In this document: positions 26,140 to 40,319 of the stretch, in pieces
How the letters are laid out: every line of letters starts with the position of its first letter
How positions within the stretch are numbered: position 1 is the stretch's first letter
Source: Eledone cirrhosa
Taxonomy: Eukaryota
DNA length: 64,000 bases
NCBI GenBank assembly: GCA_964016885.1
Contig: OZ024761.1
Location: 29,574,001-29,638,000, forward strand
Direction of reading: 5' to 3'
The notes under the pieces: model-generated
Database searches by the model: none
Seen by the model: only the letters and a program-made list of their open reading frames with translations
Told to the model about the DNA's origin: nothing
Position numbers and translations under genes: made by a program

Positions 26140-27120
26140 ACCATCACCACCACCACTCCACCAGAAACACCACCATAGTTCCCATTACCACTGCCAAGTA
26201 AACCATCCAACAACATCACCATCACACCATCACAATCACCACCATCTTTATCACAACCACTATTACCGGCTGCACTAACAACACCGCCGCCATCACCACC
26301 ATCATCACAATCACTGCTACCGTCACCACTACCATCACACCACCACAACCATCACCACCATCATCACAATCACTGCTATCATCACCACTATCATCACACC
26401 TCCACCATTATTGCGGACACCATCATCACCACAACCACTAACACCAGCAAACCACCAACACCATTATACAACCACTACCACCACTACCACCCCAACCACT
26501 ACCACCCCAACCACTACCATCACAACCATTACCGTCACAACCACTACCGCCACAACCAGTACCACCACCACCATTATACAACCACAAACACCATACCACC
26601 ACTACCACCCAACCACTACCACCCCAACCACTACCATCGCAACTACTACCCATCACAACCACTACCACCACAACCAGTACCACTACCACCACAACCAGTA
26701 CCACCACCACCATTATACAACCACAAACACCATACCACCACTACCACCCGACCACAACCACTACCACCCCAACCACTACCATCACAACCACTACCGTCTC
26801 AACCACTACCACCACCACCATTATGCAACCACAAACACCATGCCACCACTACCACCCGACCACAAGCACTACCACCCCAACCACTACCGTCTCAACCACT
26901 ACCACCACAGCCAGTACCATTACCACCACCACCACCACCACCATTATACAACCACAAACACCATACCACCACTACCACCCGACCACAAGCACTACCACCC
27001 CAACCACTACCGTCTCAACCACTACCACCACAGCCAGTACCATTACCACCACCACCACCATTATACAACCACAAACACCATACCACCACTACCCATCACA
27101 ACCACTACCACACAACCACC
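26140..27120. repeat. (ACC)n-based compound repeat with about 120-bp higher-order units
   Basis: CCATTATACAACCACAAACACCATACC recurs about every 120 bp. Confidence 0.85.
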
Positions 27121-27762
27121 ACAGAGTCTAAAAACTAAAGGAGAAATAATCAAAAAAAAAAAAGTAAAATAAGTAAAAATAAAAAGACAAGTGTCAAATG
27201 AGTTTAAAATTGATATCTGGGATATGTATGTAGGAAGGAAGAAAAACAAACTAGAGCAAATAGAAAAATTGAATAAACACATGCATATATACACACTATA
27301 TATATACACACATACACATATATATATACACACATATACGTACACACATATATACACACACACACACATATATAGATATATAGACAGGTAGAGAGATAGA
27401 TACACACATATAAAAGCAAAGATACATATATATATATATATATATATTATACATAAACACATACATATACATACACATATATACACACACACACACACAT
27501 ACATACATATATACATACACACACATACATATATACATACATATATACATACACACACATACATACATATATACATACATACATACATATATAAATTAAA
27601 AAAATTATTACAAATGAAGAAAGATTCAATTTTCAGAATCGTTGAAAAATCAGATTGAGAAATTTGCAGAGTTAAATAAAATCAATTTATTTACTCCAAA
27701 GTATTTGATACTGATACTTGTATGGGCTTATATGTATATATATATATATGTATATGTGTGTA

Positions 27763-27811
<49 letters not shown>

Positions 27812-27952
27812 ATATATACATATATATATACACATGAGCAAACACATCACAACTACACATACAAACCTAAAAAGGCATATCGTTGTCTAAATAAATGTGT
27901 GTATGTGTATATACACACACTATATATATTAAATATATAACTTTTTCTATAT

Positions 27953-27986
<34 letters not shown>

Positions 27987-27994
27987 TATATATA

Positions 27995-28026
<32 letters not shown>

Positions 28027-28205
28027 AACACACACAGACACATGAGCAAACAGATATGTCACAACCAGTCATACAAACCTAAAAAAGCACATGTCTGAAT
28101 GAATATGTATGTATGTGTATTTATGTATATATATCCACACTATATATATATTAATTTTTTTTTTTTTATATATTATTTTTTTTACACACACACACACACA
28201 CACAC

Positions 28206-28272
<67 letters not shown>

Positions 28273-29714
28273 TTTCATGCTGTTGGTCTTACAATTATTT
28301 TTTCTCTATTTTGACTTTGCAAAACGTTCTTTGCACACTCAAGTGTGCCTCTGTGTAAGTATGTGTAAGTGTGTGTGTGTATGTAAGTGTGTGTGTGTAA
28401 ATGGGTTTATGGTTGGGGTTGTGTGTACCTGTGTGTAAAATATCTCTGTGTGTACTTGTATGCCACTGTATGTATATAACTCGGTGTGTGTGTGTGTATA
28501 AGGTATTTATGTATATGTATATCTATTTACTTCAGCATAAGCATGTATACATGTGTGTGCATATATACATGTGTGTGCATGTATACATGTGTGTGCATGT
28601 ATACATGTGTGTGCATGTAGATGTGTGTATGTGTGTGTGTTTATTAAGATTTGTTTTTGTTTACAAAATAATTATTGGGTGATTTGTTATTTTATTTAAT
28701 TGTTTTATTTTTGTTTCTTGCTTTATAATTTTTTTTTTTTCTTCTGAGTTCATTGAGAAGTAGGTCTGTGTTACTTTGGCTGGTTTTTTATAGAGAGGCC
28801 CAGATGAAATGGAGAGGAGTAGGAGGGGTCAGTTGGTGGGGGGGGGGGGCAGAGAAGAGCATGATTGGAGAGGTCAGTAGGTGACACGAGAGGGGGAGGG
28901 AGTTACATAACAGTGGGGGTGGAGAGGTCAGTAGGTAGAGGTGACATGAGAGGGGGAGGGGTGTGAGCAGGAGTTGAGAGGTCAGTAGGTAGAAGTGACT
29001 GGAGTGGGGGGGTTATATAACAATAGTGAGGGGGGGGAGTGAAGAGGTCAGTTGGTAGAGGTGGCAGGAGGGGGGCAGAATTACATATCGAGGTGGGGGG
29101 AATCCTTAGACCCCCCAAACTGCCATTTTCCCAGGCATCCAAATAGGGAGAAGTGCATCCTACCAGAGGACTGAGCCCCCTTGAGGTAATGTGGCTGATG
29201 CAGCAGGAGTCTCTGGCTGTTCTTGGCCAGTGTTTTGACAGTGGGGCACAACTAGTCTATATTCAGCTTAGACTGGGATGTATAGCCTGCCGCACCCTAC
29301 CCCCTTTCCCTTACTTGCATATCTTTTCATTTTCTTTAATACATGAACCTTAATAAATTGTAAATTTCTTTCTTTTATTTTAAAATAAATTTTACCCCAA
29401 ACTTTAACCCTTTAGCATTTAAACCGGCCGTATCCGGCCAGAATTCTCTCACCTCTTTCTGTTCAAACTGGCGGTAACTAGCCACTCATACCAATGATAA
29501 GGTATTGTTCTCAAAATAAATAACATCAAAATCTTGTAGCTTCGGTATTATGTGAGATAAAGCCTTGACCACAAAAATACAATAGCATATATAGAGTAAT
29601 GTAAATGGTAAAAGGTCAAAAGAAGGTTCTATAAATTCTATGTATAAAGATACACGCAGAAGGAGGTGGTGAGAAAGGAAATTCTATTAAGTTGTTTAGA
29701 AATTAATGGATTAA

Positions 29715-30362
29715 TTGAGAATGATTGCTTCTGACAGACCTGTTAGAAGGAGTGTTTCGGGACTATGCCTCCACAACCCTCCCAGGAATAAGTGGGCGAA
29801 GAAGATGATGATGAAATCTGACAGGACCTGCTAGAAGGAGTGTTTGAAAAAACCTGCCCCCATGACCCTCCGAGGAATAAGTGGGCGAAGAAGAAGACAA
29901 TGAAATGAATGCACTGTCTCATCCCAAGTACACACGGGATCTTTCACAAAAACAGACTACCACTTATTCAAACATTTCGACAAATACATACAAGAAAAAG
30001 TCTTCAACAAATGAACAACCAGAAAAAAACATAGCTTCAAAGTATTCACTTCCTCAACAACTTTAGAATTCTATGTTACCGGAATAAATAATCATGTATC
30101 TTCTTCTTCACCCACTTATTCTTGAGAGGTTCATAAGGGCAGAGTCCTCAAACACTCCTCCCAGTGGGTCCTGTCAGAAGCAAACATTTCCAACTGATCC
30201 GGCGTGATCCTCAAGCAAGACTAGCCAAGCTCGTGGATGTTAGACAACCATTTTGCTCAGGGTCTACCCCTGGGTCTCCTGCCTGTTGATTTTGCCCATG
30301 GAATATGTCCAGTGATTCTTTCCTGAGACATTCTAACCATATGCCCATGATATCGGAGCTGA
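29715..30362. mobile_element. RTE-like LINE 3' termini: two direct copies (+) facing one inverted copy (-)
   Basis: CTGACAG(G)ACCTG.TAGAAGGAGTGTTT...GGAATAAGTGGGCGAAGAAGA at about 29730 and 29818. Inverted copy at 30098-30362. Homologous to 54480-54710. Confidence 0.7.
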
Positions 30363-30639
30363 TAATTTATAATCAAGATACTTGATTGTTCAGCTCAAGT
30401 ATCTTATATTTTGCAGGCAAAAATCTGTATATTCTGATGGTTTTTATTTCAATGACTTTCAAGCTTATTCTAGACTAAGATATGTCACTTTAAAGTAAAT
30501 ATTTAAAGACCTCTATTATTTTCTGAACAACCTCATCTTAACAAAATGAAAATATATTATATATTTATTCTACTTTATAGAAGATAGACATATATTATAT
30601 ATTTATTCTATCTTACACACACACATACATACATACAAT

Positions 30640-30674
<35 letters not shown>

Positions 30675-30718
30675 GTTTGTGTGAACACAAAACCCAAAAC
30701 TGCTTGGCACCACAGTCA

Positions 30719-30920
30719 GAGTCCTGGGTTCAATTGGAGGTAACCACAATAAGTAAGGTACTCAATACATTAGTAGAGTATATACAAAGTTTAATAAAGA
30801 AATGGCTTCTACAGGACTAGAACTGTTTCATTCAAAGGAAATCACCAGGGCTTTCCTGATGATTTCCTTCAAATGAAACAGTTCTAGTCCTGTAGCAGCC
30901 ATTTCTATATTAAACTTTAT
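30719..30920. mobile_element. Hammerhead family A fold-back element
   Basis: Arms about 30787-30849 and 30855-30918. Plus-strand core: CTGATGA 30856-62, GAAAC 30875-79, GTA 30892-94. Minus-strand core is CTGGTGA. Tail on the left arm. Right end in (TA)n. Confidence 0.8.
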
Positions 30921-32009
30921 ATTTATATATATATATATTATATATTTATTGTGCTTTATAGATAGACGTAACAATTCATACTCTGACAACTGAATTGTCT
31001 CATGGCCCACCAAAGACAGAAATTATTATTTCACACAATCTCTACAAGGATATAAATAACTTAATATATCATTGACATTGTCGTTGTCATCATCATCAAT
31101 ACTGTCATCATTATTATCATTGTGTATTTCCATTCAATGTCTACACCATATCATCAATTCCTCTGTGTGTGTGTGTGTGTGTGTGAATATGCATGCTTGT
31201 GTATGTGTGCGTATGCTTATGTGTGTGTTGGAACTCTAGACAGATACAGAGAGAAAGGGAGAGAGCAAGAGAAATGTTGAGTATGTATGTGTGTGTGTGC
31301 GTGTATGTGTGTGTGTGTGTATGAGAGAGAGAGCAGTTTTGTTTAGAATAAATGAATGCAATGAGGTATAAATGGCCTTATAGCATCATATATATATATA
31401 TAATATATATATATATATATAGGGAGGGAGATAGAGAAGAGGAGGGAAATAGTGTTAGAGAGAGAGAGACAGCAGCTAATAAAACAAAGTATTCAGTTGG
31501 TATTTCTAGTTATAGCAATTCAATTTTTACAACTGTCCCACCCCACAGCAGGTCCACACCAACACCTCCCTCCGTCACGCCTCCCCACCAAGGGCCCATC
31601 CTCCTTCCATTTTATTCCATTCATAAAAAAGCAGGTAGGTAGTGTGGGTAGTTATGTAGGTAGGGAGTTTGTTAACAATGCTTTAATTGTTACACTGAAC
31701 AGAACAACAGACTATTAAGAAGACAAGATAGTCCCTACTGGTTGGTTCATTGGCTAAATCAACAGTAAGACTGGGGAAGGAGGAGAAGGGACAGAAATAG
31801 CCCAGGGACGCCTTCTGCATTTCTGATTGGCAGGTTGGCAGAAAGAAGCAGCTTGCAATAGAAAATAGAAAATAAAATATCATGCAAACGTTGCGAAGAA
31901 GACGAAAACAAAAAAAGATACAAAGAAATAAAAAATGTGATTCAATTATTTAAACAATTCAATGCAAAAGTGTTGAAATTCCCACAACCATACACTCCAT
32001 CCTATATCT

Positions 32010-32755
32010 TCTTCATCATCATCATCACCGTTTAACATCCATTTTTCCAAGCTAGCTAGCATGGGTTAGACGAGTTGTCCTGTTGTAAGCAATGCCAGGT
32101 CAAGTGATCATGTCTTGCTCCTACAGAACTGATTTTGACTTGGTTTCTACAGCTCGTTGCCTTTCCTAATGCCAACCATATTTACAGTGAGTACTGGGTG
32201 CTTTTTGTCGTGACTCCTACACAACCACTTTACAGTAAGTACTGGGTGCTTTTTGTCGTGACTCCTACACAACCACTTTACAGTGAGTACTGGGTGCTTT
32301 TTGTCATGACTCCTACACAACCACTTTACAGTAAGTACTGGGTGCTTTTTGTCGTGACTCCTACACAACCACTTTACAGTGTGGGCTGGGTACTTATTGT
32401 CGTGACACCTACACAACCACTTTACAGTGTGGGCTGGGTGCTTTTGTGACACCATCACGACCACTTTACAGTGAGTACTGGGTGCTTTTTGTCGTGACAC
32501 CTACACAACCAATTTACAGTGTGGGCTGGGTTCTTTTTGTCGTAACACCTACACGACCACTTTACAGTGAGTACTGGGTGCTTTTTGTCGTGACTCCTAC
32601 ACAACCACTTTACAGTGAGTACTGGCTGCTTTTTGTTGCGACTACTACACAACCACTTTACAGTGAGTAATGGGTGCATTTTGTCATGACACCTATACGA
32701 CCACTTTACTGTGAGTACTGGGTGCTTTTTGTTGTGTCGCCATCACAACCCCTTT
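32010..32755 (-). repeat. SINE family 2 fragment whose internal 48-bp segment is amplified about 12 times
   Basis: Unit CCACTTTACAGTGAGTACTGGGTGCTTTTTGTCGTGACTCCTACACAA, contiguous with the SINE tail at 32010-32180. Confidence 0.85.
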
Positions 32756-32845
32756 AGAGAATACAACAAACAAACAGGAGGATGCATTAATATAAAGTCT
32801 TATCACTTTCGTGCTTAAAAGACAGAGAGTTAAAGGAGAGAAAAA

Positions 32846-32992
32846 AGTACTCAATACCAAAGTAGAGTTTTAATATTCATTTTATTAAGGCTAAATAGTG
32901 AGTCTTGTTTGTGTATCACAGGTGGCCTTGTGATAAACAGGAAAAACTCTGGAGTAACAAGACTCACTATTCATCTTTAATAAAATGAATAT

Positions 32993-32995
<3 letters not shown>
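32846..32995. repeat. Fold-back element (family D) with the shared tail motif
   Basis: 37-bp arms at 32873-32909 and 32956-32992, inner hairpin TATCACA..TGTGATA, and minus-strand ACTCTACTTTGGTATTGAGTACT. Abuts (TA)n. Confidence 0.65.
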
Positions 32996-33042
<47 letters not shown>

Positions 33043-33650
33043 GTGAATTATCCAAAGCTGGTAGAGCACTCAGTTCAAAGGATGGGTTGGGTATAGAGTT
33101 AATTCCACAACAATCACCAAACCATACTTGAGAACATGTATTTCACCTAAAACAGATTTTCATAGTGTGAATGGAAATATTTTTGAACTGGGTGGATTCT
33201 GCGCAGAAGAGGTTAGTTTTTATTTCTGTAAAAAGGGAGGTAACTTCAATTAGACTGTTGTTGGGGAGATAACTTTTGAAGAACAATCCCATGTGATAGT
33301 TTAGCCTGGGATATTGTCAATCCTCTGGGTTATCCTGGAAGGATGCAGGATAATTGTAGTGGTACCACAATAAAATGACCAAGGCCAATACTGTAAAGTG
33401 GTAGAATTGAAACCACAATACAATGACATCAGCCAATACTGTAAAGTGGCAGTACTGGTACCACAATACAATGACATCAGCCAATACTGTAAAGTGGCAG
33501 TACTGGTACTATGAGGAGAAGGGGGATATAAAAGAACAAAGAACAGAAAGGAAAATAGATGACAGAAAAAGGCCAACCAAAAAACTGTAGAAGTAGAGAG
33601 ATATATAATAGATGGTTTTGTTATTGAGTAGCCCCATCTCACAGGTCTCA

Positions 33651-33654
<4 letters not shown>

Positions 33655-33697
<43 letters not shown>

Positions 33698-34605
33698 GAG
33701 AGAGAGAGAGACAGATACTGATAGAGAGACACTTACTGATAGAGAGATACTAACAGAGAGAGAATGTTAGGGAGAGACTGGCGGAGGGAGAGAGAGCATG
33801 GGAGTGAGAGAGAGACGAAGAGAGTAAGTGAGAGAGGAGGAGCAGAGAGAGAGAGTGAGAGAGACGAAGAGAGTGAGTGAGAGAGACGAAGAGAGTGAGT
33901 GAGAGAGACGAAGAGAGTGAGTGAGAGAGACAAAGAGAGTGAGTGAGAGAGACAAAGAGAGTGAGAGAAACAAAGAGAGTGAGAGAAACAAAGAGAGTGA
34001 GAGAAACAAAGAGAGTGAGAGAGACAAAGAGAGTGAGAGAAACAAAGAGAGTGAGAGAAACAAAGAGAGTGAGAGAAACAAAGAGAGTGAGAGAGACAAA
34101 GAGAGTGAGATAGACGAAGAGAGTGAGTGAGAGAGGAATGAAGAGAGTGAGAGAGAGAGAGGAACAAAGAGAGTAAGTGAGAGAGGAACGAAGATGGTGA
34201 GAGTGAGAGAAACGGAGAGAGTAAGTGAGAGAGAAATGGAGAGAGTAAGTGAGAGAGAAACGGAGAGAGTAAGTGAGAGAGAAACGGAGAGAGTAAGCGA
34301 GAGAGAAACGGAGAGAGTAAGCGAGAGAGAAACGGAGAGAGTAAGCGAGAGAGAAACGGAGAGAGTAAGCGAGAGAGAAACGGAGAGAGTAAGCGAGAGA
34401 GAAATGGAGAGAGTAAGTGAGAGAGAAAGGGAGAAAGTGAGTGAGAGAGAAAGGGAGAAAGTATGTGAGAGAGAAAGGGAGAAAGTATGTGAGAGAGAAA
34501 GGGAGAAAGTATGTGAGAAAGAAATGGAGAGAGAGAGAGAGAGAGAGTAAGTGTGTGTGAGAGAGAGAGAGAGAGAAAGAGCAAGAGAGAGAGCAGGAGA
34601 GAGAC
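33655..34605. repeat. Compound (GA)-rich satellite with 18- and 24-bp sub-arrays
   Basis: AAACAAAGAGAGTGAGAG and GAAACGGAGAGAGTAAGCGAGAGA units. Confidence 0.9.
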
Positions 34606-35561
34606 AACAGCCAAAAACTGCCATGATATAAAAAAAACAAAAAAAAACAAAAAAAATCTTAAAACTCAAAAATAAAACAAAACAAACAAAAAAAGCCAGG
34701 AAAGAAGAAGAAGAAGGTTCAAAAGGAAGGGATGAAGGAAGATATAAATTAAACAAGTAATTCAATTGAACCCCATCTTTCTTCAGGAAACACACAGACT
34801 ATAATGTGTGAAATGGTTGTTAGGTTTTTGCTCAGGGGATGGGGGAAAGAGAGTGGAGGGTACACTTTTGTTGTCTTTTTTGTGTGTGCTTATTTTTTTT
34901 GTATTTGTTTTTAATGTGCTTTTATTTATTTATTATTTGTTATTATTATTATTATTATTGATTTATTCAAATGTTTATTTTTTTTTAGTCTTTATAAACC
35001 TTTCTCTCTCACACACAAAAAAAGAACCCCACACTGTACTGTCTTGTCCTGTACCGTCTTTATTGTCCTCTTAATGTCAACCCTTTATGGCTAATAAAGA
35101 AACCATTTATTATTATTATTATTATGGCAAAGTTAACCTCTCATCCTTACGGGGTCGATAAAATAAAGTACCAGTAATGCACTGGATAATTGCTGGCCTT
35201 GTACCAAAAGTAGAAACAATTATTATTATTCATCGTAGGAGGAAAACTGGAAGAGGGCACTTGCCCTAGCGGCCAGGGTAACCATGGCTTTTTTGTGGGC
35301 TTTCTCCACGAGCGACCCTCGGAAGTCTCCCCCCTATTGGGGAATTTTTCATTGTTTCTTTTTTTGTTACAACCTTTGTTTTTGTTTTTTACATGCAAAA
35401 ATGCCCATTTGTACCGTCCTGTGTTGTCCTTAATGTTATACTTTGTGTCAACCCTTGTGGTTAATAAAGAAAGCATTATTGTCGATAAAATAAAGTACCA
35501 GTAATGCACTGGGTAATTGCTGGCCTTGTGCCTAAAGTAGAAACAATTATTATTATTATTG

Positions 35562-35937
35562 TTCTTTAAGTCTCAGTCATTGATGTTAGTTAACTGGAAA
35601 GTTTGTTGAAATGAATATCAAGCCACTACCTGCAGCCTCAGATATTCAGGACGTATCGGAGGGTTCTTGCTGTTCCCAGCAAGCATGCCTTTTGAAGCGT
35701 TCCAAAAAGCGTGGCGGGGCCAATTTTCTTTAACCATCCCTGGAAACTTTTTGAGATAGTACCTAGTGCGCCTATGACAATCGGGACCACTTTGACTTCA
35801 TGGCAGTTCCAAATCCTTTTTACCTCCCACTTTAAGTCCTGGTATCGGTTAATTTTCTCCCTCTCCTTCTCTTGCACTCTCGTGTCGAATGGGCAGGCCA
35901 CATCCACAATCAGGCATGATCTTTTTTCCTTGTCCAA
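35562..35937 (-). mobile_element. R4/Dong-like non-LTR retrotransposon 3' fragment (restriction-like endonuclease)
   Basis: CLIVDVACPFDTRVQEKEREKINRYQDLKWE..RIW..VVPIVIGALG. Flanked on both sides by (TAA)n. Confidence 0.85.
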
Positions 35938-36157
35938 TATTATTATTATTATTATTATTATTTCTGTTTCTTCACTACTGCATCTCTAAAGACACATTTA
36001 ACTTCCAATTTCAGATATTTTCAATGAACAATTAAAGTGACTGCAATGAATGATGGTGGATAGGCAGAGACATTAAAGATTATGTTTCCCCCCCTGGTGG
36101 AGTCACTAAATGAAATAAAGAGAAAAAGAATATCATTCAGGAGAAAGCTTATGTGTA

Positions 36158-36450
36158 AAGGTGTGTGGCCTTGTGGTTAAGGTGTTGGACGTTACAATCA
36201 TAATGTTGTAGCTTCAATTCCTGGACGAGGTTGTGCGTTGTGTTCTTGAGCAAAACACTTCATGTCATGTTACTCCAGTATACTCAGTTGAAAATGAATG
36301 CCAGCAGTATCTGGGGGTTTAACCCTGTGATAGACTGGCATCCTGTCAAGGGGGAAGGGGGGAGTATTGTACTGTCAGCCACTTAACACCAGGGAAACCA
36401 GGATAAGTACTGGCTCGATGAGCCTGCAGGCTCAAGACAGACATTAGTCT
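36158..36450 (+). mobile_element. tRNA-derived SINE, family 3
   Basis: tRNA-like head plus TTCTTGAGCAAAACACTT core. Related degenerate copies at 39720-40090(-), 41810-42050(-) and 43970-44090(+). Confidence 0.65.
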
Positions 36451-36517
36451 TTTAGACATATGCCACATATATTTTGGAGAAGTGGATGTTAAACGATCAT
36501 GATGATGATGATGATGA

Positions 36518-36549
<32 letters not shown>

Positions 36550-37446
36550 GTATAATTAAAATGTCATATATTTAACATGTATGCATGACCTTAGGTTTCG
36601 GAGTCCAGGTATAGCCACTGCTGTATAATGGAGCCATTTTAAAACTGACCTCTCATCGGGCACCAGGACAAAATTACAACAAAAAAGGACTTATTAATTA
36701 TATGTCTATAATTCAAAATAGGGGGAGGACAAAGACAAAGGAAAAAACAACAGAAACACAGACAGTCCCATTTCTTCAGTCAACCTCTGAAAATTACCAC
36801 GGTTTTGGTAAATTAAGGTCGATACCATTATGCCTTTAGGTGAATTACACAAATACAGATGAAAATGTATTCCAAGTGCATCAACTGACATAGAAGGGAG
36901 AGAACGGGGCATGAGGGCTTAGCCAAGGGAGAAAAGGATACAGAAAGTTGAGAAATCAAGGTTTTTACAGACATTTTACCATTAATTTTACCATGAATAC
37001 ATGATTTAGCTGTGTCTTCTCCAGTATAACATTCCTCCACTTGTTTCTTTCCTTTACCATTTATTTATACATACACATGCACACAAATGTATAAAAATAT
37101 AAATATGTATAAATAAATATAAATATGCATATATATATATACACACACACACAACATTTACACATATATATAAAACAAATACAAACACATATATATATAA
37201 TATATATTCAACATATATATGTATATAAATATATAAAACATAAATACACACACACATATATATACATACTCAACATATATATCCATATAAATATATATAT
37301 AAAATATAAATACACGCACACATACATATATATATATATATACAACCATACACACGCATACATACACACACATATATATATATTTATATACACACACACA
37401 CAGACAATGTGTATATATATGTATAGAAATAAATATACATACACAC

Positions 37447-37510
<64 letters not shown>

Positions 37511-37705
37511 CCACCTATTTATTTATGAAAGTGTGTTTCTTATTTATTAATTGTTGTTTGTATTTTTTTAAATGTATATTTATTTTATTTAGTTTGTCAG
37601 AATAAGAAAAGTGTTAAACATATGGATTCATTGATTACTTTTAAAGTCAATGATTTACAGACACCAAAGTGAGAACTGGGGAAAGAAAAAGTTACATGCA
37701 CACAA

Positions 37706-37745
<40 letters not shown>

Positions 37746-37861
37746 CAATCATACATGTGCAGCATGTGCAAAACACAGAGAGAGAAAATAGTGAGAACAA
37801 AAAACGAATGGGCAAATTTAATTCTTAAAAGTCACTTAATTTCATTTCATGCATTTGAGTT

Positions 37862-38540
37862 TGTAGTGGTGGTGGTGGTGGCTGTGGCTGTGGTGGTGAT
37901 AGTGGTGGTGTTGAGCTACTGGTGGTGGGTGTGGTGGCTGTGGTGATGATAGTAGTGGTGCTGTGCTTCTGGTGATGGGTGTGGTGGCTGTGGTGATGAT
38001 AGCGGTAGTACTGTGCTGCTGGTGGTGATGATGGCTGCAGTTGTGGTGGCTGTGGCGATGAATGATAGTGGTGGTGAGGTGGTGGCTGCAGTAGTGCTGT
38101 GCTAGTGTTGGTGAGGTGATGATAGCGGTGGTGGTAGTGAGGTGATGGTGGTGGTGGTGGTGGTGCTGTGGTGGTGGTAGTATGGTGATGATAGTGGTTG
38201 CTGTGATGGTGCTGGTGGTGGTGAGGTGATGTCTGCGGTGATGATAGTGGTGGTGAGGTGATGATGGTGGTGGTGGTGGTGGTGGTTGTGAGGCAATGGT
38301 TGTGGTGGTGCTGTGCTGGTGGAGTGGTGATGAGGTGATGATGGTGGTGGTGGTGGTGGTTGTGAGGCAATGGCTGTGGTGGTACTGTGCTGGTGGAGTG
38401 GTGATGAGTGGTGGTGCTATGCTAGTGGTGGCTGTGGTGATGATAGTGGTAATGCTGTGCTGGTGGTGGCTGTGGTGGTGAGGTGATGACTGTGCTGGTG
38501 TTGTGGTGGTGGTGGTGGTGAGGTGATGATAGTGGTGGTG
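37862..38540. repeat. (GGT/GAT)n compound array
   Basis: Simple repeat. Confidence 0.9.
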
Positions 38541-38990
38541 TGAAAACAGTAAAGTGGTAGGTGTCATGATGATGTTGTTGTTGTTGGCAGAGAAGAAAAG
38601 TAGGAGGAAGAGGAAGCTAAGCCAGGAAACAAATTTGGATTGATTATTGAGTAAAGATCTGATGAACTTTTTCATAGACAGACAGACACACACACACACT
38701 CACACTCACTGTCAGACAGACACTCACACACACTGTCAGACAGACACACACACACACTCACACACACTGTCAGACAGATAAATAGACTAACAAATTTGTA
38801 CAGAAAAGTTAAACAGATATATACTGCAATAACAGCAAAACAAACACACACATATATTATAATATATACATACATATATATATACCTAAACACAAAAATA
38901 CACACTGCTCTCTATATATTTACATAAACATTTATAAAGAATATAAAAAATAGTCAAAAGCTATGTTTTCCTTCCAGTTATCGATATCAC

Positions 38991-39706
38991 TTAACCATTT
39001 CATTACCATGCTGCCTATGTCACTAACCCTTTCATTGCCATATTTCTAATGAAAGACACTACCTATGTCATTAACCCTTTCATTACCATGTTTCTAATGA
39101 AAGACACTACCTATGTCATTAACCCTTTCGTTACCATGTTTCTAATGAAAGACACTGCCTATGTCATTAACCCCTTCGTTACCATATTACTAATGAAAGA
39201 CACTGCCTATGTTATTAACCCTTTCGTTACCATATTACTAATGAAAGACACTGCCTTTGTCATTAACCCTTTCATTACTATATTTCTAATGAAAGACACT
39301 GCCTATGTCATTAACCCTTTCATTACTATATTTCTAGTGAAAGACACTGCCTATGTCATTAACCCTTTCACTACCATATTTCTAGTGAAAGACACTACCT
39401 ATGTCATTAACCCTTTCATGACTATATTACTAATGAAAGATACTGTATATGTCATTAACCCTTTCGTTACCATATTTCTAATGAAAGACACTGTATATGT
39501 CATTAACCCTTTCACTACCATATTTCTAGTGAAAGACACTGCCTATGCCATTAACTCTTTCATGACTATATTACTAATTAAAGATACTGTATATGTCATT
39601 AACCCTTTCGTTACCATATTTCTGATGAAAGACACTGCTTATGTCATTAACCCTTTCATTCCCATATTTCTAATGAAAGACACTGTCTATGTCATTAACC
39701 CTTTCA
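38991..39706. repeat. 48-bp satellite (about 15 copies) derived from a piggyBac-like MITE end
   Basis: Unit TTAACCCTTTCATTACCATATTTCTAATGAAAGACACTGCCTATGTCA matches the left end of the element at 46261. Confidence 0.85.
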
Positions 39707-40319
39707 TATTTCTAATATTGCTCAAGTACACTGGAGCAACATGACGTGAAGTGCTTTGCTCAAGAACAAAACACCCCACTCAGTCCAGGAATTGATCCCA
39801 TGACTATAGTTCTAAGTCCCACACATTAAACGGTAGGCCAAGCACCTTCATGCCAGATGGTGCTTCTCCCAGGATCCTCACCATTAAGCAGCTAAGAGTA
39901 TAAGATGCCCTACTGGACAAGATGCTAGTCCATTACAGAGTTAACTCCACAGCTACTGTTGGTGCTAATTTTCAACTGGGTGTACTGGAGCAATGTGAAA
40001 TTAAATGTTTTGCTCAAGAATACAACACCCCACACAGTCAAGGAATTGATCCCATGATGGTAAGTCCAGCACTCTAAACACTAGGCCATGGACCCTCATG
40101 TCGGATAAAATACTTTGTGATATTTGTTCTGGTTCTCTGAGTTCAAATCACACCAAGGTCAACTTTGCCGTCCATCCTATCGAGGTTCGTCATCAGCTCT
40201 TTCAGCCTTGTCCATCATATGACCACTTCCGCTACAGCCACTGGACAGAGAAAAACAGCCCACCTTTCCCATTTGATATAACTCCACAGGTCAGTAATGA
40301 ACAAACATTTAACAAATAT

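Noticed and set aside
26411-27172. His/Thr-rich ORF suggestive of a cephalopod structural protein
   Set aside because: (ACC)n compound repeat, open in several frames, with no signal peptide or splice context.
31360-31860. Promoter-like cluster (two CCAAT boxes, GC-rich patch, TATA-like word)
   Set aside because: Order and orientation are inconsistent, and such short motifs are expected by chance.
36587-36606. Minus strand GAAAC-ctaag-GTC hammerhead 3' half near (TA)n
   Set aside because: Too short, with no first box, second copy or mirror arm in the window.
39049-39744. 231-aa ATG-initiated repetitive ORF
   Set aside because: Stop-free frame of a 48-bp satellite derived from a transposon end.
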